This document shows positions 8,357 through 16,230 of a DNA stretch of 21,879 bases, one piece after another; within the stretch, counting starts at the first letter, position 1; each line of letters starts with the position of its first letter. The DNA is taken from contig JAWLEP010000041.1 of NCBI GenBank assembly GCA_041686025.1, forward strand, positions 1-21,879. The letters are read 5' to 3'. The DNA is from Candidatus Fermentibacteraceae bacterium (GTDB taxonomy: Bacteria; Fermentibacterota; Fermentibacteria; Fermentibacterales; JCC-6). The notes under the pieces were generated by a model that worked only from the letters and a program-made list of their open reading frames with translations, had not been told where the DNA came from and made no database searches. The position numbers were made by a program, and so were the translations under genes.

Positions 8357-9385
8357 ATGGGCTGCAGGATTCTTGCGATGACGGCTGCTCTGGGGCTGCT
8401 GCTGGCTCCGGTGGCCGCGGAGGCCGAGAACTACGAGTACATGATCGGTTACGGGGATACTCTGTGGGACCTGGCGGTCAGATTCTACGGCGATCCTCAG
8501 CGCTGGGAGGAGATCCTCCAGGCCAACCCCGAGCTGTCGGGTCCGGGCAGCCTTCAGCCCGGGGAGACCATTGTCATACCGGGAGTGGAGGGCGACATCC
8601 AGGGGGAGGCCGGGCAGCCTGCCACGGACTACTCAACCGTCACCGTTCCCAACAGTGCCGCCAACGTACCCATGCTCAGCAGGCTCCGCATCGAGACCGC
8701 CGGATGGGTGGCCACCGAGCCGCTGAACCCCGTGGCGTACGTGGTGGGAGTCGATGTTGAGGAGACCGACGAGCTGCGCAAGGACATCGCCATCATGGGC
8801 GATCTCCTGGAGCTGGACCTGGGCAGCAACGACGGCGTCGAGCCGGGTGCCGTCTACACGCTGCTGCGGGAGTGCGAGACGGTGGACGACCCCGAGACCG
8901 GCGACCACCTCGGCCAGGTCATTCGGGTGACCGGTCTGTGCAGGGTGCTGGAAACCCGCAGCGAGACCTCAATAGCGAAGCTCGAGCACGCCTACCTCCC
9001 CGTGGAGGCCGGCGACGTGGTAACACCCTACGAGCCCGCGGGCGACGTCTACATCAATCCCCAGCCGGCGGTGGAGGACCTCACCGCCTACGTGGTCGGC
9101 GTCAGGAACCCGCGCATAGAGGATGCCTTCCCCTACGACGTGGTCTACATCGACAGGGGCTCGTCCGACAACCTGTCCGTGGGAGACATGTTCGCCCTCT
9201 ACGAGTACGGGGAGACGGTTACCACCCCGGCGGGAGAGACTGTGCAGACAGCGGACATTCCAGTGGTGGAGATGGTAATACTCACCACCACTCCCCGGAC
9301 CGCCTCCGCTCTGCTCAGCAACAGCCTGAACAGCAACCTGATTCAGGCCGGGGAGAGGGTCCACCTGGTCAGGCGCAGCCAGTAG
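8357..9385 (+). CDS. Secreted LysM peptidoglycan-binding protein, TsaP-like architecture (LysM plus two FlgT-C-like beta domains)
   Basis: Signal peptide ending AAEA; LysM YMIGYGDTLWDLAVRFYGDPQRWEEILQANPEL..P..LQPGETIVIP; duplicated motifs LDLGSNDGVEPGAVY and YIDRGSSDNLSVGDMF. Confidence 0.85.
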   Translation: MGCRILAMTAALGLLLAPVAAEAENYEYMIGYGDTLWDLAVRFYGDPQRWEEILQANPELSGPGSLQPGETIVIPGVEGDIQGEAGQPATDYSTVTVPNSAANVPMLSRLRIETAGWVATEPLNPVAYVVGVDVEETDELRKDIAIMGDLLELDLGSNDGVEPGAVYTLLRECETVDDPETGDHLGQVIRVTGLCRVLETRSETSIAKLEHAYLPVEAGDVVTPYEPAGDVYINPQPAVEDLTAYVVGVRNPRIEDAFPYDVVYIDRGSSDNLSVGDMFALYEYGETVTTPAGETVQTADIPVVEMVILTTTPRTASALLSNSLNSNLIQAGERVHLVRRSQ

Positions 9386-9386
9386 G

Positions 9387-10538
9387 TTGGACTGGAAGGT
9401 CGTAGCCCACGCCGAGAAGCCCTCGGGGGAGGCCCTCGGCACCCTGGCGGAGCTTACGGGCCTGAACAGGGGAGAGCTGCTCAGCGCTCTGCGGCGGGGC
9501 ACCCTCATAGCCGGGACCGGTCTCACCAGGTCCCGGGCCTCGGGACTGGCCAGGTCGCTCCGGGAGGACTTCGGCCTGGAGGCCACCGCCCTTCCGGCGG
9601 AGGAGGAGCGCCGGTCCCCCAGCGGTCCCACCCTCTTCAGGGTAGTACTCACCGGCTACAGGCCGGGAAACAGGGCGCGGCTGCGGGAGTGCCTGCAGCG
9701 TCTCAGCGGCCTTCCCCCCGAGCAGGTGGTCCTCTGGCTCTCCAGGATTCCCTTCGTCCTCCGCGACGAGACCGACCACGAGACCGCCCGGAAGATCCGC
9801 CGTGCCATCACGGAGGCGGGAGGGATGATAGACATGCGGCCCGTGATGGACAGGCCGGGGGGGAGGCCCCTGGAGTCCGGGGCCGAACCCGAAGGCACCG
9901 GCGAGCAGGGGGAGGCGGAGGCGGCCGGCACCGAACCGCCACCCGCCCCGGCCAGCCCCCCCGTTGGGTCCCGGCAGCCGGACAGATCCTCCTCCCTTCC
10001 CCCCAGGCTCTGCTTTCTTCCTCCCGGCCGCATTGCAGAGATGGAGGCCCCGCCGGTGATAGAGGAGGCCGGGGAGGCGCCGCCGGAGACCCCTCCGCCG
10101 GAGGTCAGGTTCAGAAAGCCCCGCTCGGGATCCGTCCCTCCCCCCGTATTGGAGCAGGCCGACCCCGGCGGACCCGCCGAGCCTCCCCCCGTTATTGGCT
10201 TCTCGGACATGCCCGAGCTGGACCTGGAATCTCCGCCCGAGCCGGGTACGCGGTTCCGCCTGCTTCTGCACCGTCCCTCCAGCAGAACGGAGTCCTCCGT
10301 GGAGTCGGCCCTGCGCTCCATGCTGTCCATGCACGAGGATGAGACGGACCGGATAATGGATGGCTACCCATCCTGGATCGCCAGTTTCGGCAGCCGGGAG
10401 AGGGCCGAGAAGATGGCCCGGGCGCTGGAGCTCCGGGGTGCCACGGTCAGCGTTCTCCGCGAGGACGAGCGCCCCCCCGTACTCTCCTCCGCCCGCAGCG
10501 GGGAGAGCTTCAGGAAATGGATAGGCTCGGATGGATGA
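9387..10538 (+). CDS. Hypothetical protein with three ribosomal L7/L12 C-terminal-domain (ClpS)-like modules and a Pro/Glu-rich linker
   Basis: Fills the gap between the LysM stop (9385) and xerD (8-nt overlap); TTG start. The middle module [27 protein letters not shown]...[11 protein letters not shown]...[20 protein letters not shown] follows the L7/L12 CTD pattern; weaker copies lie at the N- and C-termini. Confidence 0.7.
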   Translation: MDWKVVAHAEKPSGEALGTLAELTGLNRGELLSALRRGTLIAGTGLTRSRASGLARSLREDFGLEATALPAEEERRSPSGPTLFRVVLTGYRPGNRARLRECLQRLSGLPPEQVVLWLSRIPFVLRDETDHETARKIRRAITEAGGMIDMRPVMDRPGGRPLESGAEPEGTGEQGEAEAAGTEPPPAPASPPVGSRQPDRSSSLPPRLCFLPPGRIAEMEAPPVIEEAGEAPPETPPPEVRFRKPRSGSVPPPVLEQADPGGPAEPPPVIGFSDMPELDLESPPEPGTRFRLLLHRPSSRTESSVESALRSMLSMHEDETDRIMDGYPSWIASFGSRERAEKMARALELRGATVSVLREDERPPVLSSARSGESFRKWIGSDG

Positions 10539-11427
10539 CAGCGTTGACGGCTACCTGGGCTTCCTGGCTCTGGAGCGGTCGCTGTCCCCGCGGACGGTAA
10601 AGGCCTACCGGACGGACCTGGCCGGAGCCGACGAATGGATGTCGGCCAATGCCGGCCATCCTCTCCGGACGGTGTCCACGGGAGACCTGGCCGAGTACCT
10701 GGCCGACCTGGCCAGGAGGGGGCTTTCCTCACGCAGTGTGCGCCGCAAGCTCTCCAGCCTCAGGGGCTATTACCGTCACCTGCAACAGGAGGGTGCCAGG
10801 ACCGACGATCCCACGGCGATGCTCACCCCTCCCCGGGGAGGCAGGTACCTACCGGAGGCCCTCGGCGTCGAGGAGGCCGTAAGGCTGGTGGAAGCCTTTG
10901 ACGGCTCCGACAACCTCTCCGCGCGCAACCGGGCGATAATGGAGCTGGCCTACGGCTCCGGCCTCAGGGAGAGCGAGCTGGTGGAGATCACCGTCAGCCG
11001 GGTCTACCTCGAGGACATGCTGGTGAGGCCCGTGGGCAAGGGCCGCAGGGAGCGTCTGGTGCCCATGGGGCCGCAGGCGACGAGGTGGCTGGAGCGCTAC
11101 ATAGCCGAGGTCAGACCCTCCCTCATGAGGGCCCGCAGCTACCCCAACCTGTTTCTGACCTACCGGGGGAGACCCATGTCCCGGATGGCGGTCTGGAACG
11201 TGGTGAGAAAGGCCGGCCGCCTGGCCGGCATCGGCCGCAGGATCTACCCGCACATACTCAGGCACTCCTTCGCCACCCACCTTCTGGAGGGCGGGGCAGA
11301 CCTCCGCGTGGTGCAGGAGCTCCTGGGACACGCGGACATAAGCACCACCGAGATCTACACCAACGTGGGAGCCTCCCATCTGAGGAGGGTAGTGGAGAGC
11401 TGCCACCCCAGGGCCGGCGCATGCTGA
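10531..11427 (+). CDS. xerD: Site-specific tyrosine recombinase XerD
   Basis: N-terminal [18 protein letters not shown] and [10 protein letters not shown]; catalytic residues in [20 protein letters not shown] and [39 protein letters not shown]-terminal HPRA. 298 aa. XerC versus XerD assigned by eye. Confidence 0.88.
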   Translation: MDDSVDGYLGFLALERSLSPRTVKAYRTDLAGADEWMSANAGHPLRTVSTGDLAEYLADLARRGLSSRSVRRKLSSLRGYYRHLQQEGARTDDPTAMLTPPRGGRYLPEALGVEEAVRLVEAFDGSDNLSARNRAIMELAYGSGLRESELVEITVSRVYLEDMLVRPVGKGRRERLVPMGPQATRWLERYIAEVRPSLMRARSYPNLFLTYRGRPMSRMAVWNVVRKAGRLAGIGRRIYPHILRHSFATHLLEGGADLRVVQELLGHADISTTEIYTNVGASHLRRVVESCHPRAGAC

Positions 11428-12116
11428 CCTTCCCCAGCTCCTTCCGAAGCAGCTGGGATGTATCCAGGGCCCTTCACCATCTGGCGCTGTGGAGCGGGGG
11501 CCGGGGCAGCACGGTCTGGATACCCCAGTTCGCCTCCCTCCGCAACCACGTCAGGGAGATCTCCCGCACTCCCGCAGGCTCGCGGGTCAAGCGGCTCTCC
11601 CGGCAGATGAGCGTCTGGTCGGAGTCGGCGGAGCTGGCAGCCTCGCTTCATCCCCGTGACGCTTCCGTCCTCTACGGTGCCGCTCTGGAGGAGGCCCAGG
11701 CGCTGCTGGAGCTGGGATACCCCAGGTCGGAGGGGCTGTCGTTCGTCACCCGCATTCCTCCTCCCGGGGAGAACACCCGGAGGACGCCCAAGCAGATGCA
11801 GTCGGCCCTGCACCACCTGGGGGGCGACTTCGCCCTGTTCAAGACCATGCTCCGCTCGGCGGACAGGTTCGACCCCAGGCTGAAGGCCGTCTTCTCCGTA
11901 TGGCCGGAGGAGAGCTACGGGGAGAGCCTGGAGCGGATAGGGATCTCCTTCCCCGGGCAGACGGTGCCGGCGGTGGTTTCCGTGTCCCGCGAGCTCCGGG
12001 GATACGCTCTCCTGGTGATCTACGACCTGGCCGCAAGGCTCCGCGCCGCGGAGGGCATCCAGATGTCGGCCGCCTCCTTCAGCGAGTTCGCGGCTCCGGA
12101 CTCCGAGGAGGTTTAG
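11421..12116 (+). CDS. Hypothetical protein (231 aa), coupled to xerD
   Basis: In-frame ATG 11421 overlaps the xerD stop by 7 nt; from there codons are GC3-biased and the protein is globular-looking ([24 protein letters not shown]...). The ORF-track extension to 11085 is an off-frame shadow of xerD. No family recognised. Confidence 0.75.
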   Translation: MLTFPSSFRSSWDVSRALHHLALWSGGRGSTVWIPQFASLRNHVREISRTPAGSRVKRLSRQMSVWSESAELAASLHPRDASVLYGAALEEAQALLELGYPRSEGLSFVTRIPPPGENTRRTPKQMQSALHHLGGDFALFKTMLRSADRFDPRLKAVFSVWPEESYGESLERIGISFPGQTVPAVVSVSRELRGYALLVIYDLAARLRAAEGIQMSAASFSEFAAPDSEEV

Positions 12117-12193
12117 AGGCTTCCGACTTCGAGGGGGTCGTTGCTTCCGGCTTCGAGGGGGTTAGTCGCTTCCGGCTCCGAAGAAGGTTAGCG
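12093..12193. repeat. Four imperfect 24-26 bp tandem repeats spanning the end of the hypothetical gene
   Basis: GCTCCGGACTCCGAGGAGGTTTAGAG (12093), GCTTCCGACTTCGAGGGGGTCGTT (12119), GCTTCCGGCTTCGAGGGGGTTAGTC (12143), GCTTCCGGCTCCGAAGAAGGTTAGCG (12168). Confidence 0.85.
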
Positions 12194-12296
12194 GCCGGCG
12201 GGTCTTTTCACATATCTTAGCCGTTGTGCAATCGTCGATAGAGTTCCGGGTCCGGCATCTGCGGGCCGGCCCGGCCAGCCCATACGGGGGTACCGG

Positions 12297-14627
12297 ATGC
12301 TGTCCCTGGCCGTTGCGCTGCTTGCCTTGAACATTGCCGTACCCGAAGCGGAGGAAGGCGTACCCGTGCTGGAGGCCGGCGACAGCCTCCGGGTCGCCGC
12401 CGGGGACAGCCTGGCGTGGCTTCGGGTGGTGGAGGATGACTACACGGTTCTGAGGGTGTCAGCCGACGCCCCTTCGGTCCTGCGGGCCTACGACGACGCC
12501 GGAGAGATCCTCTGCAGGGCGGAGCCCGGCCGGGACCTCCTGGTCTCCGCCCTCAGCCACTACTGGTTCTACATATCCGCCGATCCGGTGGAGGACGGGA
12601 ACGTCACCCTGTCGGTGCAGGCCGTGCCCTCCGGAACCATAGCCGCCGGCGGACGGGCCGAGGGAGCCGTGAGCAGGAACTCCATGGCCGACGTCTACAC
12701 CTTCCTGCCTCCGGAGGACCGCAGGTGGGCCGTGGTACTGGACGGGCGCAGCGACACCGACCTGGACCTGGAGGTATACGATGACAGGATGTCGCTGCTG
12801 TGCGGTGGATACTCCACCGGAGGAATGGAATCCGTATCCGTCAACGCCGCCGCCGGAGACACCCTGACCCTGGTGGTGAGCAGGTACAACAAGACCGGTA
12901 CCGGCGAGTACGTACTGGAGGTGGAGGGCAAGGGCGGCTTCACCACCCTCACCGCAAGCCGCACCGGAAGCCTGGGGGACTCCCGCTACGTGGAGAGGCT
13001 GGCCCTGGAGCCGGCGCCGCGGATGCGGATGCTGACCCTGGGCGGCACCCCGGCGGCCGCCGACGCCGACCTGGCCCTCTGGGGCAGGGGAATGGACCCC
13101 TACTACTCCTCGGCCTCCTACAGCATGGAGGAGGCCCTGCTGGTGCCGCCCTCCGGGGAGACGCTCTTCTGCTCGGTGCGGGGCTTCGACATGGCCGACG
13201 GCATACGCTACCAGCTGGACCTCACGGACGCCCCGGAGCCCCGGCGGCCGCCGCTGGACCTGGAGCTCACCTGCGGGCGGGGAGGCGGGCTGGTCACGCT
13301 GGAGGCCGGGGAGTCCGGCCTGTACCTGCTGGACGCGGACTTCTACAAGGGCCGGGACGGTGACCTGCGGGTGTTCGACTCGCCGGGAGAGGCGGCCTCG
13401 GTTTCCCAGACCACAAAGGGGACCGAGCAGGTGCTCCGCTGGATGGAGGCCGGCGACACCCTGTGGGTCCAGGCCTACGTTCCCGCCGGCAGCGGGGGGA
13501 TATGCCGCCTGCGGGCCTCCCGGGCGGCGCCCCGGGAGCTGGACGGCTCCCTGAACGCCTCGGTGGAGGGGGACGGCTGGGACCACTACTCCTTCGAGGT
13601 GGACAGCGGCCTAGTCTGCGCGGTGGAGCTGGACTGCCAGTCGCCGGAGGCCGACCTGGACCTCCGCCTGACCGCTCCCGGTTTCGACCGTACCGCGGAG
13701 GGCTACCTGAGCCTGGCCGACGAGCCCGGGGACGAGGCCATCGCCCTCTACGCCCACAGGCCGATGCGGGTGGGGGTTACCGTCTACACCTACAACCCGG
13801 AGGTGGAGGCGGATTACGTCCTGAGCGCAGACCGCATACGCAGCCATCCCCTGGCTTCCCCCGGCCCGGAGAGTCACACCTGGCTCCTGGCCGCCGGCAT
13901 CAGCGGCTACAGCCGGCTCTCCGACGTGCTGAACAGGGCCAGCATGGACGCCCTGGACGTCTACCGGATGCTCACCGGCTGCGGAGCGGTGGAGCCGCAG
14001 CGGGCGGTGCTGCTGGCCGACGAGATGGCAACCGTGGAGGGCTTCACCTCCGCCCTGCGGGACCTGGCCTCCCGGGCCGGCCCCGAGGACAGGCTGCTGG
14101 TCTTCTTCAGCGGCCACGGGGTCCAGTCCCCTCCCGGCACCGGCGGTCCCGAGGAGGGGGACGCCGCCGACGAGAGCCTGGCCCTGTACGACGGCGACCT
14201 CTCCGACGACAGCCTGGCGGCCATGCTGCGGGGCTGCCCGGCGGCCAAGCTGCTGATGATAGACGCCTGCCACTCCGGCGGGTTCGTCAACGACTTCGGC
14301 CCCGGGGACGACGTTCTGGTGGTAACCGCAGCCCGGGAGGACCTCAGCGTGTCCGAGCGGGTGCTGACCCCCTTCCTCATCCAGGGCATGGGCGGGGCGG
14401 CGGACTCCGATGGCAACGGTACCGTTACGGCCCGGGAGCTTGTAGGGTACGTGGACGCGAGACTGGCCAGGGTCTGCCCGGTGTGCGACGCCCTTCTGGA
14501 GCCCGGGGCGGTTGCCTGCCCGGAGTGCTCCACGAAGCTGACGGGCGAGAACGCGGTTCCCCGGCCCGAGCAGGGCAGGTTCCTGGAGTCCGACTTCCCG
14601 GTGTGCGGCGCCGCTTCGGGAAAGTGA
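12297..14627 (+). CDS. Secreted caspase-family (peptidase C14, metacaspase-like) protease with 4-5 PPC-like domains and a zinc-ribbon insert
   Basis: Hydrophobic N-terminus MLSLAVALLALNIAVPEA; repeated D-x-D-L-x-(V/L) PPC motifs (DLDLEVYD, DADLALW, DGDLRVFD, DLDLRL); C14 domain LLAAGISGY...LLVFFSGHG...LMIDACHSGGF...VVTAA; CPVC-x10-CPEC near the C-terminus. Confidence 0.85.
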   Translation: MLSLAVALLALNIAVPEAEEGVPVLEAGDSLRVAAGDSLAWLRVVEDDYTVLRVSADAPSVLRAYDDAGEILCRAEPGRDLLVSALSHYWFYISADPVEDGNVTLSVQAVPSGTIAAGGRAEGAVSRNSMADVYTFLPPEDRRWAVVLDGRSDTDLDLEVYDDRMSLLCGGYSTGGMESVSVNAAAGDTLTLVVSRYNKTGTGEYVLEVEGKGGFTTLTASRTGSLGDSRYVERLALEPAPRMRMLTLGGTPAAADADLALWGRGMDPYYSSASYSMEEALLVPPSGETLFCSVRGFDMADGIRYQLDLTDAPEPRRPPLDLELTCGRGGGLVTLEAGESGLYLLDADFYKGRDGDLRVFDSPGEAASVSQTTKGTEQVLRWMEAGDTLWVQAYVPAGSGGICRLRASRAAPRELDGSLNASVEGDGWDHYSFEVDSGLVCAVELDCQSPEADLDLRLTAPGFDRTAEGYLSLADEPGDEAIALYAHRPMRVGVTVYTYNPEVEADYVLSADRIRSHPLASPGPESHTWLLAAGISGYSRLSDVLNRASMDALDVYRMLTGCGAVEPQRAVLLADEMATVEGFTSALRDLASRAGPEDRLLVFFSGHGVQSPPGTGGPEEGDAADESLALYDGDLSDDSLAAMLRGCPAAKLLMIDACHSGGFVNDFGPGDDVLVVTAAREDLSVSERVLTPFLIQGMGGAADSDGNGTVTARELVGYVDARLARVCPVCDALLEPGAVACPECSTKLTGENAVPRPEQGRFLESDFPVCGAASGK

Positions 14628-14672
14628 CATGACACTGCAGACGCCGAGCAGAGGAACGGACTGGAGCTGAAC

Positions 14673-16229
14673 GTGGAACAGAGAGACCTGCATCCCCTGG
14701 AGAAGATGCTCCTGGGCTATCTGGTGGAGCACGGGAGCGCCTCCGAGGAGAGGATCCGCGAGGAGAGCGAGCTTCCGGACGAGGGCTCCTACAGGAGGGC
14801 GGCCCAGTGGCTTCTCTCCCGGGGACTGGTGCGGGAGACCGGCCGCCGCGAGACCGCGGAGGTCCGGCTGGGGCCTCTGGGGCGGGAGCTGGCCTCGGCG
14901 GGCACCATCCCGGAGGTGGCCCTCCTGGAGAAGGTGCGCGCCGGCGAGACCGACCTGAGGAGGATCCAGGAGGACGGGACCTTCCACCGTGGCCGGTGGG
15001 GCAGCGCCCTGGGCGCCCTCCTGGGGTCCGGCGACCTGCGCAAGGGCCCGGAGGGCCTCAGCGCGGAGTCGGAGGGCGAGAGCGTCTTCCACCGCTACTG
15101 GAACCTGGTCTACGGGCCCCTCCTCAAGGGCGAGACCGTCCTGCTGGAGGACCTGCCGGAGGACGTGGCCGCCGTGGTGGAGGACCGCAGCCCCAAGCGC
15201 AGCAAGCGCCGGGCCGAGCTGGAGGTGCACCGGGAGGCCAGCCTTACCCTGGAGGCCACCGACGAGGGCCGGGAGGCCTACCGCGCCTCCGCCGACGTAA
15301 CCACCATAGGCTCCCTCAGCCCCGGGATCCTCCGCAGCGGGGAGTGGAGGGACGCCCGTTTCCGCCGCTACAGGGTGGACATCCCCCCCGCCCGCATACA
15401 CACCGGGGCGCTGCACCCCTACCGGCAGTTCCTGGACCGGGTGCGCAGCAGGTTCGTGGCCCTGGGCTTTTCGGAGATGCGCGGCCCCCTGGCGGAGTCG
15501 GAGTTCTGGAACAACGACGCCCTGTTCATGCCCCAGTTCCACCCCGCCCGGGACATCCACGACGTCTACTACCTGGAGGAGGGGTGCTCGGTGGAGCCTC
15601 CCGACGACGGGACCTACGGCCGGGTGGCCGCCGTCCACGAGGACGGGGGAGACACCAGGGGCCGCGGATGGGGCTACACCTTCAGCCGCAGCCAGGCCCT
15701 GCGGGCCGTGATGCGCTCCCAGGGCACCTCTCTTTCCGCCCGCACCCTGGCCTCCCACCCGGACGTGCCGGGGAAGTACTTCGGAATGGCCCGCTGCTTC
15801 CGCTACGACCAGGTGGACGCCACCCATCTGCCCGACTTCTTCCAGATAGAGGGCATCGTCCTGGGCGAGGGCATTGGCCTGACCCACCTGATGGGGCTTC
15901 TGCGGCTGTTCGCCGTGGAGATAGCCGGGGCCGAGGACTACAAGTTCCTTCCCGCCTACTTCCCCTTCACCGAGCCGTCGGTGGAGATGCACGTCCGCCA
16001 TCCGAAGCTGGGCTGGGTGGAGGGCGGAGGCGCCGGCCTCTTCCGCCCCGAGGTGTGCCGTCCGCTGGGGGTGGAGGTGCCGGTCATAGCCTGGGGGCTG
16101 GGCCTGGACCGGCTGGCCATGCTGGCCCTGGGCCTGGACGACATCAGGGACCTGGTGACCCCCGAGCTCTCCCGCCTGCGGGAGATGACCGTCCGGCCCG
16201 ACGAGCTGCTCCGCGGAAGGGAGGACTGA
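14673..16229 (+). CDS. pheS: Phenylalanine--tRNA ligase alpha subunit, archaeal/eukaryotic (spirochaete-like) type
   Basis: 518 aa with a long N-terminal extension; ESEFWNNDALFMPQFHPARD, HEDGGDTRGRGWGY, RSQGT, motif 2 RCFRYDQVDATHLPDFFQIEG, YFPFTEPS, motif 3 AGLFRPEV...IAWGLGLDRLAM. GTG start with GGAG at 14663-14666. Confidence 0.95.
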   Translation: MEQRDLHPLEKMLLGYLVEHGSASEERIREESELPDEGSYRRAAQWLLSRGLVRETGRRETAEVRLGPLGRELASAGTIPEVALLEKVRAGETDLRRIQEDGTFHRGRWGSALGALLGSGDLRKGPEGLSAESEGESVFHRYWNLVYGPLLKGETVLLEDLPEDVAAVVEDRSPKRSKRRAELEVHREASLTLEATDEGREAYRASADVTTIGSLSPGILRSGEWRDARFRRYRVDIPPARIHTGALHPYRQFLDRVRSRFVALGFSEMRGPLAESEFWNNDALFMPQFHPARDIHDVYYLEEGCSVEPPDDGTYGRVAAVHEDGGDTRGRGWGYTFSRSQALRAVMRSQGTSLSARTLASHPDVPGKYFGMARCFRYDQVDATHLPDFFQIEGIVLGEGIGLTHLMGLLRLFAVEIAGAEDYKFLPAYFPFTEPSVEMHVRHPKLGWVEGGGAGLFRPEVCRPLGVEVPVIAWGLGLDRLAMLALGLDDIRDLVTPELSRLREMTVRPDELLRGRED

Positions 16230-16230
16230 C

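Noticed and set aside
11085..11420. ORF-track N-terminal extensions (57 for recG, 5126 for lon, 11085 for the orphan, 20637 for paralogue 2)
   Set aside because: Downstream in-frame ATGs have better RBS or coupling, and most of the extensions overlap other genes or the terminator.
10531..11427. Tyrosine recombinase as a phage or island integrase
   Set aside because: Size and motifs ([27 protein letters not shown] end) are Xer-type; no tRNA, phage genes or compositional break nearby.
12093..12193. Possible CRISPR array
   Set aside because: Units are contiguous and degenerate, with no unique ~30-40 bp spacers and no cas genes in the window.
14628..14672. pheM-like attenuator, T-box, or selenocysteine readthrough upstream of pheS
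   Set aside because: Only 45 nt are available; the mini-ORF has no Phe codons, and no T-box, terminator or convincing SECIS hairpin is visible.
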